Positions 50,942 through 64,000 of a DNA stretch of 64,000 bases are shown piece by piece. The DNA is from Podarcis bocagei. Taxonomy: Eukaryota. The DNA lies in NCBI GenBank assembly GCA_964188305.1, contig OZ076893.1; one strand, given 5' to 3'. The notes below the pieces were generated by a model. The model was not told the origin of the DNA and searched no databases. It saw nothing but the letters and a program-made list of their open reading frames with translations. Numbering within the stretch: the first letter of the stretch is position 1; each line of letters begins with the position of its first letter. A program made the position numbers and the translations under genes.

Positions 50942-52398
50942 CTCACAGGTGAGGGAAGAGTGTCCCTGCTTTACTGGTACCCTAAGCACAACGAGATAAT
51001 CCTGCACTGCTTGCAATTATGCATTATTGTACTTCATCCATTTTTATTTCTCTCTTTTGCAGATAAGGTAGTTCATTTTGTATGAGTAGCTTTCGCTTTG
51101 GCCATCTGCATGCACGAATCAACATGCTCCACTGAGGAGGCGTGAGATGGATAGTGCATTCAGACCCTTTTAATTTTTGTCTGGTGGTAATGATAATAAA
51201 ATATCATCTAGGTCATTACTGTGGGAACTTATTTATTTCTGAGGGTGATTGACTGGATTTTTGAACAGGCCTCTCTGGTGTTGTTTTATTCAGAGGATAA
51301 CAAAGGAAATAGTTATAATTCCTAAACATCCCTCCCCATGCCCTTGGATGTGCCTTAGAAGAGGAGATTTTAATTACTCTTCAGGTACCATATTGTTCCA
51401 ACTGTAATTAACGGTGGAGTTAATGGAGTGACAAAATTACTGGAAGATGAATATATGCCGCCGTCTTGTTTTAATTGACTTCAAATCTTACACTAACTGT
51501 ACCTGCCTTTAGATAAATGAAAGACTAGCAATATTAAGCAGACATTACTGGAACAATGCTGTGGAATACAAGCCACAAATTGAGAACTGTGTCTACATAA
51601 GCTGCCTTTAAACATTCAGGAGGCTGTGTGAGGGCCCAGATTGGTTAGGGGGAACGTGCTGGCCATGTCCCTAACATCACCACATACGCCACATCTGCCC
51701 CCGCCTCTCTCAACCTTTGTGCAGTCTCACTTGAAGGATTCTAACCATATTTGTACCATGCATTTAAAGCATTATGATACCACTTTAAACAATCATGGCT
51801 TTCTCCCAAGAATTATGGAAGCTGTGGTTTGCTAAGGGTGCTGTGAGTTGTTAAGAGACCCCTGTTGTCATGGACAAGGAGTCAGCTTCACCTGCTGAAC
51901 AGCAGCCTGAAGGGGAAGAAAGTGGAATGACTCCTGCAGCTGATCAGCCTTCAAGGACAGGAGAAGAAGCTGGCTTCAGCCTTCTTAAACAGTGATCTCA
52001 GTCAAATGCTGGAAACAATGTCTGTGGTTCTGGGCTCTACCTTGCTGCTTCTTGCTCTCCATATGGATTCTGTGGTTATCTGGATTCCCTGACCGCTGGA
52101 CTGTCTGTATGGGACTCTGCTCTCAGCCAAGTGTTCCTCAGAGACTCCCATTGCTTAGCAATGGGGACTTGGACAGGGCTGCGACACCTATTCCCCCTTC
52201 CCAGAGTGGTTTAACTGGCCAATCACAAGTTGACTTCATGTGCCATTTAGTATTCCAAAGATCAAGAAGCTGATGGACCTTTTCTTCTATGCTGCTATAT
52301 GAGATCTTGCTCACTATCCTGGGCTAGACATTCTCACCAGCTGTAGTTGCAGAAATCACTGTGTTCAATTTGGACGGGCTACATAAACTGTATCAGTA

Positions 52399-52654
52399 CA
52401 GTGGTACCTCCGGTTGCGGACAGGATCCATTCCAGAGCTTCGGTAGGATCCCAAGGTTTCCGCAACTGGAGGGACCGTTTCTGCACATGCGCACACGGCA
52501 AAAACCCGAAAATATACTTCCGGGTTTGCTGCTTACATATCCTGAAGTTTACATAATTAGAGGGATATGTAAGCGGAGATATAGAATCATAGAATCATAG
52601 AGTTGGAAGAGACCACAAGGACCATCGAGTCCAACCCCCTGCCAAGCATGACTG
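52399..52654. mobile_element. Tigger-like MITE (second family) with a CR1 tail in its right TIR
   Basis: ta|cagtggtacctccg...cggag|CR1 tail atagaatcatagaatc...gtccaacccc (52581-52648, minus)|tgactg|ta. Confidence 0.7.
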
Positions 52655-53323
52655 TACTGGAAATAAATGTGCCGTCTGTCTACAGATGCACAAGGAGCAA
52701 AGACATCAGAGGCTGATAATGTTATTTGATTATTGCTGGCCTTGTTTTAGTTAGTGAATTTATAGACGCCCCTTTGCTTTATGAGAGGCCCACATATTAA
52801 AATAACTGAATTTCAACATTAAAACTCATGGTACACTGGTGAGTCAAGATGGAGTTGCTTGCTTGCTTGCTTTATCTGTATCATTTATGAACCACTTCCC
52901 ATTTAACATCTCTCAGCAATATACCAATAAAACAAGTGTGATAAAAAGTATAAATATAACATCAATATTTAATAACATCCTATATTGAACACTGCAGCTG
53001 CTTCATATGGACACACGTCCTAATTCCGTCTGTAAGGTATGTAAATGTAAAAAAAAGCTTGGTATCAGATCTGTCCATGGGTGCAGTTGTACCAATTCAG
53101 TGTAGAAGTTGAAGCCTGCAGTTCCAGGTGGAGGAAACATGTTTCTATGGGAACTGAACAAAACATATTAGTGTCAAAGCAGTGAAAGACAGAATGAAAT
53201 GAAATATAGCAAGAGCTGGAGTGAATCTATACCAACCTTTTTTGCCACTCCAGAGAACCAAAAAAATAATCCAAATCTATTTTTGTGGTACAATAAAGCT
53301 TCTCCAAAAGGTCAGGCTTCAGG

Positions 53324-53750
53324 GCAATCCTATGGCAAGAGCTACCAGGCTGAGCAGCTTGGGATGCCGTGGCGCTCCAGCGCAGCCAGCATTCAATCCC
53401 CAACCTTGGTTCAGCCAATGATACACTGGCATAATTTGATCTTCCCATCTTAGCCAGGGCTCAGCTGGTGAAGCTGAAGCTGGTTGAGTGGTGGCCAGTG
53501 TAAGCCACCCCAAAGGAACAGGGATAGGACCACAGAAGGGGGGCATAAGCTGGATCCTCCTAACCTGTTCAGCTTGGTAATGTGGCCTGGCAACCCAGCA
53601 CAGAACACTGTTTTAAAGCCTTGTTTTCCCTCTGCTAGGCTTAGGCAGAGCAGCCTGCCTACTGCTGAACAGATTTTGGATCTGGTATAACTCTAGGCCA
53701 GCTTAATTTACACCATTCTGTTCTGTGCCATCTTCTTGTGCATAGGATTG
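53324..53750. mobile_element. Old TIR-bounded repeat
   Basis: Termini gcaatcctatg/cataggattgc; homologous to 13510-13757. Confidence 0.6.
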
Positions 53751-53818
53751 CTCCCCTGGCTTAACTGCCCCATGGCTACCACCTTAGGGATGATCAGAGT
53801 AGCAGACATGTCTAATTA

Positions 53819-54417
53819 CCGTATTTTTCGCTCTATAGGACGCACTTTTCCCCCTCCAAAAATGAAGGGGAAATGTGTGTGTGCGTCCTATGGGGCGAAT
53901 GCAGGCTTTCACTGAAGCCTGGAGAGCGAGAGGGGTTGGTGGCACCGACCCCTCTCGCTCTCCAGGCTTCAGGAGAGCCCCAGCGCCAGCCCCACAAGGT
54001 CGGGGGACAGAGGGAGGCGGAACGCCGCCATCCCGCTGTCTCCCGAAGTGGTTTGGAGGCTGACGGCGGGGAGAAGAGCGCTTCTCCCCGCTGCCTGCCC
54101 CACCACTCCGGGGACAGCTGGGAGACGCAGCGCGTCTTCCTGCTGTCCCCGGACCTGATCTCAAGGTGGGCGGCGGGGAGAAGAGCGCTTCTCCCCGCTG
54201 CCTGCCCCACAAGCTCCAGGGACAGCAGGGAGACGCAGCGCATCTACCTGCTGTCCCTGGACCTGATCTGAAGGTGGGAGACGGGGAGAAGAGCGCTTCT
54301 CCCCGCTGCCTGCCCCACAAGCGCCTGGGGGGGAAATAATTTTTTTTTCTTTATTTCCCCCCAAAAAAACTTGATGCGTCCTATGGGCCGGTGCGTCCTA
54401 TGGGGCAAAAAATACAG
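53819..54417. mobile_element. Tc1/mariner-type non-autonomous transposon with internal tandem repeats
   Basis: ta|ccgtatttttcgctctataggacgcac ... gtgcgtcctatggggcaaaaaatacag|ta; three ~110-bp units. Confidence 0.85.
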
Positions 54418-54433
54418 TAGATGTCACACTAAG

Positions 54434-54683
54434 AGAGAGCCAGTGTGGTGTAGTGGTTAAGAGCGGTAGTCTCGTAATCTGGTGAACCGGGTTCGCGTCT
54501 CTGCTCCTCCACATGCAGCTGCTGGGTGACCTTGGGCCAGTCACACTTCTTTGAAGTCTCTCAGCTCCACTCACCTCACAGAGTGTTTGTTGTGGGGGAG
54601 GAAGGGAAAGGAGAATGTTAGCCACTTTGAGACTCCTTAAAGGGAGTGAAAGGCGGGATATCAAATCCAAACCCTTCTTCTTC
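54434..54683 (+). mobile_element. Squam3-like tRNA/CORE SINE
   Basis: tRNA head, gggtgaccttgggccagtcac core, (CTT)n tail and near-TSD tcacactaa/tcacaccaa. Confidence 0.85.
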
Positions 54684-55130
54684 ACACCAAATTTAACAGG
54701 TGTTGATTTCAAAGCTTTTTAGATTTAAAATCCCCAAAGCATTGTGTGAACTCCGCTATGAAACCGAATTATCTTGATGTTGCCCTTTTTTTCTTTAGCA
54801 CAGTACTGGTTTGTGCAAAGGACATTTATTCATTCCACTGCTCAAAAGAAAACTGACCATTTTAAAATAGGCACGGGGCTTTCATTTGTTGGGCATGCTG
54901 ATGCTCAGCCTGCTAGGGATGTCTTAAGGGAAAGCAGGACGTTCCAGGATAAAATCAGAAACTGGGACGGCTTCTCTAAATCAGGGATGTCCCTGGAAAA
55001 TAGGGACACTTGGAGGATCTGGAATCACAACAGGTGGATGCAGAACCCAGGAGAACCTAGGGGGAAGAATTTCCTCCCTATAGGCGGGAGGAAACCAGCA
55101 CTAAGAGGCCATTACAGAGAGGAATTGGGG

Positions 55131-56131
55131 CATAGCTGTCAACCGTCCCTTATTTGGGGGAAACTCCCTTATCCCAGCGCCGTGTCCCGCTGCTGTCCCT
55201 TATTGATGATGTCCCTTAAATTTCCCGGGTTTCAAAGGAAGCATCTCCTCTCCCTCCCTCCCTGCCGGCCAGGGAGGCGGGAGGCTCCAACTGTGTTGCT
55301 TAGCTGCCCAGCCCGCCCCCCTCCGGCCTCCTCTCACTAGCCTTGGCCCCCGGGAGCCCCCCCCCCGGCTGGGACTGGCGGGAGCCTCGGGCCCTTCCGC
55401 CACTATCCTCCTTGCGGCTGCCGAACTGAGCGTCACTGCCTGGGGCCTCCCCTCTGCCTGTAGCCGCCACCGCCGCCGCTCCCGCTAGGCCATACTGTGG
55501 CTGCACTGCCGAAGGACCCAGATGAGATGGGCAGCCTGGCGCGGTCTATGAATTGCTGAGGAGCCTTTAGAGGAGAGTGAGGGCAACCATAGAGAAAGCA
55601 GTTCAGAGAGAGGAGGAGGAGGAGGAGGCGGGGGCGGGGGCAGGTGTTCCAAGGGCTAACCATAGAGGGGGAAAGTGGAGGAAGGACCGCAAGAGCTTCT
55701 CTGATAGATTTGTAGTGGTAGACTATCATAGATGGTCTGATCTGCGAGTTTACTTTGGGCGCTATTTCCCCCCCCCCTTCCTCCCACCCCACCTGATGGA
55801 ACTGAGAGCTGCAGATGGAGCACGAGAGAAAAGATACAGAACTGCAGCAGAATCTTCGTAGGTTGGCCTTTGTTTTGCTTAAAAAGTATTTGCTGCTTGT
55901 AGTTATTTAATTGCAGTGTTTCATCGGCTGGTGTCTTGGGCAGCAACCTCTGGAAACGAAGGGCTAAAAACCGGCGCAGGTCTCCAAAATTATCTGGTCC
56001 CTTTTAACTTCGTATTTCAGCTGGTATTTCATATTTCAGCTGGTTGACTAAAATCCCTTATTTTGGCTGCTGATCCCTTATTTTTGAGGCTGCTGGTCCC
56101 TTATTTTCAAATCTGTAAGCTGACAGCTATG
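55131..56131. mobile_element. ~1-kb non-autonomous hAT-like element with a GC-rich interior
   Basis: TIR catagctgtcaac/gctgacagctatg (12/13), TCCCTT(A) subterminal repeats at both ends, partial TSD aattg. Confidence 0.75.
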
Positions 56132-59100
56132 AATTGCCTTCCGAGAAGGCAGCCTCCAACGAGTGTGCCACAGGTGTTGCTGCCACCACAGAAGCAGCAG
56201 TGGGCAATTCATTCCTTGGAGGCCAAATCTGCTGCACCCAGTGGATCCTGCCACCTGAGGCAGACACATCACCTTGCACTATGGTTGGGCTAGACCTGTT
56301 GATGTCAGTCACTGAGGGAAAAAATGAATTCTGTTGCAATTCTACATTCTTGCAGAGTAAATGACTATTAATGAGAAATGATTAGTGCCCTTCCTCCAGC
56401 AAGAGATAAAATCCCAGTTTTAATTCATTCAGCCTTTGGATAATGTATTGTAATGATTATGGATATTAATAGTTTAAAATGCTGGAACTCTTAATGGAAT
56501 TGACAAAGGCATAATTGCTAGCGTTGGTAAATGGTTTTCCAGAAAAAAATAAGTGGGGTTTGCTTGTTTTTTATTGCCTTTCCAAAAGCCTGTATTCATG
56601 AAACACCAGTAAATGATGGGCTCCATTATTATATTTTTACCTTGCTCCATGCATTTTTACCTTTATGGGTTTTGTCACGCAACTATATGGCTCCTAATTT
56701 AAATCCTTGTTTTCTTCTTGCTCCTCCTCTTCTTTTCTTCTGGGGGATGGCAGGGAAGTTATTACTCTCATGTCCTGCTTGTGAGTTTCCCATAGGGATC
56801 GAGATCATTTACTGTGGGAAGAGGGTGCTGGACTGAATGGACCACTGACCTGGTTCAGCAGTGTCATCTTAGGTTCTTATATTCTTAACCTAGCATTTAT
56901 TTAGAATATACAAGTCCCTAAAGCTGGAACAATAAAGCTGATCTTCCTGTTGTTGTTGTTTTTCAGAGAAGATTGGATGTGACCTAGACCCCATCCTGAC
57001 TCCTTTTTTTATGTAGCAATATGATTTTGAAGTGGGTTTATGCAGGACTATTCACATATCATCCTACTTCATTGGTTGCTTTGCAATGATTCCCCATCAT
57101 TCCCACATTACTGTATCTGGACTTTAACTCCATTCTCTGTGTTCTTGCCATCCTCAACCCCTTCCCCCTCCCCCCCCCCCGGCCTGGGTATATTTTAGTT
57201 GGACTGTGACACCATGCCACCATACATTTATTTGTCACACTTTTTTTTTTTAATGATCGTCGCTCTTTCCACAAAAATCAGCAACACAAAACAGGACTTT
57301 AACGACCCAAAAGCTTTTGCAGGTGCAAATGGTAATGAACACATAATTACGTGCAACTGTCCTGATCACACCATGAGCAAAGGTGATTGATGCCCAACAA
57401 AAATGACATCTGGAGGCTCTCCTGATTTAAGTAGTTTTATTGCTTTGTCAGGGTAAGCGCTTGGATGTTAGTCTTATTTTGGCTTGGGGTTTTAGTTTTA
57501 ATCATTGGGTGCTCTTTGCAATGCAATCCTAATTGGCAGGGATCATGTAGTCAGAAAAATAATACTTTCAATTGCACTGAATCATCTGCTAACGATAACA
57601 AAAGAAGGTTTCTTGGACTAACAAAAAGTTTCCCAATGATATTCACTGCACTCTGATGTAAAATATGTAATATGCCACAAGAGGAAAACATTTTTATCAA
57701 ATATCCTTAGAAAGTTCAACAAACAATTACCTTACTGTCTGTTTTAATACTAGAGATATACCTGGTCTTTTTTTTATATTGATATGAATTACTTAGGTTT
57801 GAAATTAAATTGTAGATAAAGCAATTCCCAATACTTTATTTTATTTAAGAAAGGTTTTTTCCATGGTAAATTCAAAATCAATTTTCAGATTCAATCAAGA
57901 TTAAATATTCAGCACCCCTTGGAGGAAAAGGAAATATCTATCTCAGCAACTGTCTCACAAAACAGCTTGCAACTGAAAATTAATCTATGTTGAGCATTGT
58001 GAGAGAGAATCTTAAAGGGGCTTAAAAACCACCTTATGCTGTAAACCTGTAGTTGATCTTGTGACCACACAGCTCCTCAGAGCAATTCACAGCATCATTC
58101 AGTACCAAAGGAATGCAATACTTAATTCCAATTTCATATGCCCAAATGATTAAAGTGCCAGGGTTATCCTAAAGACTCTCTCCTAAAGATGAAGCCATCA
58201 GGCAGCTTGAAGGACAAGCCTCTAAGGCAGAGTTATGGGGACCACCACATTTAAAAGGCTCTGTTCTTGATTACTGTCCTTTTCAATCCAGTCCAGAGTT
58301 TGCACTGGATTTTGTTAGAGGTCAGAGCACACGGGACTGACCATGAAGAACATCCTTAAAGTGTTGGTATTCTTGGCATCCATGTGTCTCAAGAGACAAT
58401 GAGAGACGGCACCATCGGGGGGGAAACTCTGGGATGCAAACCTGAGCAGTGCAAGTGGAAGGCCTGGGCTGCCCAGATGACTAGACCTCTCTTGCAAGCC
58501 CATATCTCAATAGATCAGAACTGTTCTCCTGCTTCCTTGAGAACCTCTGACTCAGACCTAAATATAGTGATGCCTAAATGTAATTCTACCACAACAGACT
58601 GTGTCTTGAGTATTATTATGCTGCTCTCCATTCAGTGAGCATAATTAATTTCTCATCTCTTTCCACACTTCCTATCTCTAAATTTACTCTGATTCTGGCA
58701 TCCATCAGTGTTTGTTTCCTGACATCCATGCCTACTTCTTCCAGATTGTTGAGGTTTTTTGTTCACCACAGCTGCTAATTTAACTCCCACATACATTTCC
58801 AGACTTCAGTTTTTCATAGAAAGGGGAAGCCTACACTTCATCTCATATCCGTCCTCAAATGATACTCGACTAATCCTCCAATGATTGTTTGAAAATGACA
58901 TGGGTTTTAAAGCAAAATAATACATAAGGTGCCTTCTAAAAACTTTTTGATCTGATCAGAGATAGTGATGGTGAAAGATGAGTCATTGCAACAAGAGCTG
59001 GGAGCGTTTAAAGTCAAGGCAACTGAAGTTGCCACATGGATGATAGGGAGAAGGGAAAGGTTGATGATCATGGCCATGCCCTACCTCCATTGTTGGCAAC

Positions 59101-59664
59101 AGCTTGTCTCTCTTTACCAGTTGCTGGGAATCTCAAGTCATGGCAGCGCTTTCACTAGGCACCTGTTTGGCCATGGTGAGAACGATATGCCACACTAGAT
59201 GAGCCTTTGGTCTGATTCAACAGGGCACTACTCATGTTTGTAAAGTTTGTGTGAAACCTGTGCCAAATTATACAGCATTCTGTAAAGTCCACTTATAGGA
59301 TCAGGCAATGCTCTTTTAAATAACAGAGCAGGAATTGGAGGAATCAGCCAGTTCTGGCAATTGCTTTAAACCTCTGAAATTCGTAGTAAGAAGGCTCACT
59401 TGCCTAGGCCACCCAACGAAGATGTGTTCTGAGGCAAGCCCGAGGCTATGCAGAAAGTGGAGCGGCAGAAGAGTTTATTTTGTTAGCGTACTTAAGTAAC
59501 TGGGATCCCATTTTGGGGTCTTTTTAACTACTCCCTCAACTCACTAGCAGCAATGCATTCCTTAAAACATAGCATTTGTACATCCTTCTGATGTTGTAAA
59601 GTTCCTGTTAGCGTCTTGCAGTTGGGTGATAAAGTTGGGTGATAAAGGAAACACATGAGAACAA

Positions 59665-59848
59665 CATAGAAAGCTGCCTTGTGCTTACCCTAGGTCCATC
59701 TACTGAGTATTATCTACGGTGACTGACAGTGATTCTTCAGGGCCTTGGTCAGGGGACATTCCTAGCCCTGCCTGGAGATGGTGGAAAATTAAGCTGGATC
59801 CCTCTGCATGCAATGCAAATGCTCTATCACAGAGATACTGCCCTTCCC
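59665..59848 (-). mobile_element. Old tRNA(Ala-like) SINE
   Basis: Same family as 4698-4888. Confidence 0.55.
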
Positions 59849-61204
59849 CAAATTTTCTGAACTTCACCCAGTGATGGGCCAATAAATCAGGCCTCTCTGC
59901 CGTACCTTAATGCATGTGCCAGTTAATATAAGGAGAGGCAGTCCTTGAAATATTTGATTCCCAAGGAGTTTTAAGACTTCAAAACTTAACAGTAATGCTT
60001 TAAATTGGGCTGAGTTTCATATAAGCAGCCAGTGCATACTCTTCAAAATTAGTGTTCTATGGTTTTGTCTCACGAAACCACTCGAGCTTCTTCCAAACCA
60101 TTTTCAAGGGTAGCCGCACATCAAGACAAGATTAGTCAGTAAAAAGATGAGCTTTAAAAAATGAAATTATTTCATACCACTTATATTTAATTACCCCTCA
60201 TTTTGTTCTTTCTTTGTCTATCCAGAAGCTTCTTGTAGTGATTTTGGAGTTTTGTGAAATTAACCACTGGCTCTGCAAAGATATTACAGAGAAGCACATT
60301 TGTTTTATTGCCTTCATTTTCTGCAGGAGGCCAGAGCTCATATAAAAATCCTGTTGGGTTTTCATTAACATCATTATTAGTGATACAAGCCAACGCCACA
60401 TTTTTATCAGTGTAATTTATAGGTTGGGCAATTGTTGAAAGTTAATTGCTAAGAAGGGTTTTCTGTTTAATTATATTAGCTTATGTCTTCTGGATTCTAC
60501 CCTTGTTTATGGAAAGAGCAAGGCTTAATTGTATTAGCAAACGGGGGTTTCTGCTGCTCTATCGTTTATGGTTTCTTTGTTAAATGAGATAATGGCACAA
60601 ATGTTTGACTCACCTGGAAAAAAAAGTGATGGAAGTCAGTTCCCACAGCAACCAGAATCCGTTTCGCATACTTAGCCATTAGGGCTGTCAGTGGCATTTA
60701 CCAGAAAGAGGTGAACTTCCAGATTAGTTACTGGAAAGATGAAAGTCATTTTTTGACATGAGCAATGGGGAAAAATGTTTCCTTTTTAAAATTATATCAC
60801 AAAAGATTGCATAAATCCCCTGAGGGGCACCTGTCAAGATATTAGAAATAAGTACATAGCTATTTTCCTTCTAATTGCAACTTGCTGGCAAACTTGATTA
60901 TAGTATCATTCCATAAATCTTGTGTAGGAAAGTGGGAAATTTGTGTGTATTCTGCACCTGTACACATTACCAAATTCACTGCAGAAGCCATGATCTGAAG
61001 AAATATTTTAGCTACACCAAAAGCTCACACTCATTCAGTAGAATATTTCCCCCCAAATAGCAGATACACCACTCCAGCTCATCATTTTGTAGCACATACA
61101 CTTTCATTTAGAAAGTATTTTACCATGACAAAGTGACTGCCATATAAGAAAAAACATGTCCAAAGTGACTTTGGATGCATGAAACTGGAGGACTAGATCT
61201 AAAA

Positions 61205-61340
61205 CAGGCTTCCTCAACCTCGGCCCTCCAGATGTTTTGAGACTACAATTCCCAGCATCCCTGACCACTGGTCCTGCTAGCTAGGGATCATGGGAGTTAT
61301 AGGCCAAAAATGTCTGAAGGGCCGAGGTTGAGGAAGCCTG
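61205..61340. mobile_element. Palindromic hAT MITE, 136 bp
   Basis: TIR caggcttcctcaacctcggccct/agggccgaggttgaggaagcctg and perfect 8-bp TSD atctaaaa. Confidence 0.92.
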
Positions 61341-61457
61341 ATCTAAAACTTGGATTGCTACACTTTTTTTTTTTTAACCCTGTGGATGAGAATTATATGA
61401 ATATTTATTTTATAAAAACCATTAGTAAAAAAAAATATTAAAAATCAAAAGGCTGCA

Positions 61458-61683
61458 CAGTGGTACCTCAGGTTAAGTACTTAATTTGTTCCAGAGGTCT
61501 GTTCTTAACCTGAAACTGTTCTTAACCTGAGGTACCACTTTAGCTAATGGGCCCTTCTGCTGCTGCCGCACCGCCAAAGCATGATTTCTGTTCTCATCCT
61601 GAACCAAAGTTCTTAACCTGAGGTACTATTTCTGGGTTAGGGGAGTCTGTAACCTGAAGTGTATGTAACCCGAGGTACCACTG
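61458..61683. mobile_element. Tigger/pogo-like MITE
   Basis: cagtggtacctc...gaggtaccactg|ta. Confidence 0.9.
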
Positions 61684-62258
61684 TACACTATAAAAACAAA
61701 CCATTTTTTAAAAGAAAAATATAACATAAAACCGATGAAACAGTAGTATAAAGGCATATAAAAACAAAAATAGGAATTCAGGGAATTCAAACAAATAAAG
61801 CAGAGTCTAGTTTCTTAGGCCAGGGAAAGCATTGAGCAAAAAAAGTATTTACAAGATCTCTGAAGTATATGGCAGAGCAAATGGCATTCCAGAGTACAGG
61901 GGCAAGATCAGGAAATGCCTGTTTTCAGGTCATTGCCCTATGATATTCTGCAGGGTGCAGTTTGACAAATAAGATTTCCCCAGATGATGGTGTTATATGT
62001 TAATAAGAAAGCTTGAACATGGACTGGAGGCTGATTGGCAGCCAGTGCAGTTCCCTAGCAGAGATGAGCAACTCAACAACTTGGCCACAGTGTTCTGCAC
62101 CAGCTGCAACTACTGGACCAATCCCAAAGGAAGCCTCTCACACAGTGCATCACAGTAGTCCAATTCCTGCAATGCAGGAATCTCAACTAAAGCGTCCATA
62201 ACAAATACCACCACCTTCCAAGGGAGTGCCAGGGGCACATGCCTCCTTCCTCCATATA

Positions 62259-62484
62259 CAGTGGTACCTTGGGTTACATACGCTTCAGGTTACAGAATCC
62301 GCTAACCCAGAAATAGTGCTTCAGGTTAAGAACTTTGCTTCAGGATGAGAACAGAAACAGTGCTCCGGCAGTGCAGCAGCAGCAGGAGGCCCCATTAGCT
62401 AAAGTGGTGAGTCAGGTTAAGAACAGTTTCAGTTTAAGTATGGACCTCCGGAACGAATTAAGTATTTAACCCGAGGTACCACTG
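62259..62484. mobile_element. Tigger/pogo-like MITE
   Basis: ta|cagtggtacct...gaggtaccactg|ta. Confidence 0.9.
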
Positions 62485-62562
62485 TACTGCATGTTTCACA
62501 GTTTGGAAAGACTAAGCTTAAGGGATGAATCAAGAGAGTGGTTACTGGGACACAGAGACGTA

Positions 62563-63009
62563 CAGTGGTACCTCGGGTTACATACTCTTCAGGTTACAAA
62601 CGCTTCAGGTTGCAGGCTCTGCTAACCTAGAAATAGTACCTCAGGTTAAGAACTTCAGGATGAGAACAGAAATCGCGCAGCGGCAGCAGGAGGCCCCATT
62701 ACCTAAAGTGGTGCTTCAGGTCAAGAAAAGTTTCAGGTTAAGAACGGACCTCCGGAACGAATTACAGTGGTACCTCGGGTTAAGTACTTAATTTGTTCCT
62801 GTGGTCCGTTCTTAACCTGAAACTGTTCTTAACCTGAAGCAGCACTTTAGCTAATGGGGCCTCCTCCTGCTGCCGCCGCGCCGCTGGAACATGATTTCTG
62901 TTCTTATCCTGAAGCAAAGTTCTTAACCTGAAGCACTATTTCTCGGTTAGTGGTGTCTGTAACCTGAAGCATATGTAACCTGAAGCGTATGTAACCCGAG
63001 GTACCACTG
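62563..63009. mobile_element. Composite of two oppositely oriented Tigger-like MITEs
   Basis: Copy 1 (62563-62764) lacks its right end; complete copy 2 (62765-63009) starts at an internal TA. Confidence 0.88.
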
Positions 63010-64000
63010 TAAAGCTATGTGAGTTTTCTCATTGCAGAGATTTGAGGAGGGAAACACATTGTGTCGAGTTTTGTTTCTGAGTTTAGGATACATAGCTAAA
63101 TGGGACATTGTAGCATCTGACTAGCAAGTTTCGAGTTTTACTTAGGCTAGAATCAGTGGAGTTTACACAACAGCTAATATGCCCCATTGATTTCACTAGG
63201 TCTACTCTAAGCTTTCCTTATGGTTGTACCCAGGGATTGGGGGTTATATCAATTCCGTTTGCATTTAAAGGTGAACCAACCCTATTAGTACTTTCCAAAA
63301 CAATTCATGAACTGAAACAAAGCCATTTTTGAAATGTGCACTTTCCCAATTTTTTTCAGGGCAATTCTCCAACCAAGTAACATGTGCAGATATGCATACA
63401 CTAAGGTAAAGTGTGCATAATAATGCATATATTAGTGAAAATAACATGTGATCATATGTTACAGAAGGGGAAATTTCTCTATGAAAATTGTGTATATTAG
63501 GCAAAATTACAGACAAACGTGTATATTAGGAGAAATTTGCACTAAAAGCTTGATGAATGTTTATAATATTCTTTCTCTGAGCTATATAAACCAGAACACA
63601 CACACACACACACACTGATAGGGTGGACGAATGAAGCAGCTTCAGGAAATGCTGAGGGCCACATAAAATCTTTACATAAAAATATGTTACTATAAATTTG
63701 CCCATTTAATGGTCAGGATAATTCTGATCATTTCTAAATCTCTCATTGCCTATTTCACAGAAGGACCATCCTAAGCACTTCAAATTATGGTATGCATTAA
63801 ACATGTGTTCCCCCAAAAAATGATCCACTTTGAAACAGCATTTTATTTTCATTTAATAGCATTCCCAGTTTTTATAATGGAATAAAATGGCAAGAAAAAA
63901 GAATGCCATTCTCAAAGGAAACACACGAATAGTGACAGATTAGAAACCTTATTTGGACAGTGCTAGTAAACTTCAACAACAAAAATGTAATAGAGTCTCC

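Overview
Eukaryotic, CpG-depleted, repeat-rich vertebrate DNA. The repeat set (Sauria/Squam1 SINEs, a Squam3-like SINE, L2, CR1, Penelope-like elements, Tigger/pogo and hAT MITEs) points to a squamate, most likely a lacertid lizard. I cannot identify any intact host gene, so the window looks like intron or gene desert; almost all ORF-track entries are spurious or TE-derived. Main elements: a ~3.6-kb frameshifted L2 LINE (minus, ~24657-28260), a decayed Ty3/Gypsy pol remnant, several solo LTRs and many SINEs and MITEs. The most striking structure is at 49389-50940. Two separate Penelope-like (PLE) insertions sit in one (TA)n microsatellite, each folded as an inverted repeat (124-bp and 450-bp arms). 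Together they carry four minimal hammerhead-ribozyme motifs, two per strand. Two PLE junctions (46201-46265, 50438-50459) show reiterated sequence suggestive of repeated re-priming. A CpG-rich candidate exon lies at 275-345 (minus). All family names come from motif recognition, not database searches.
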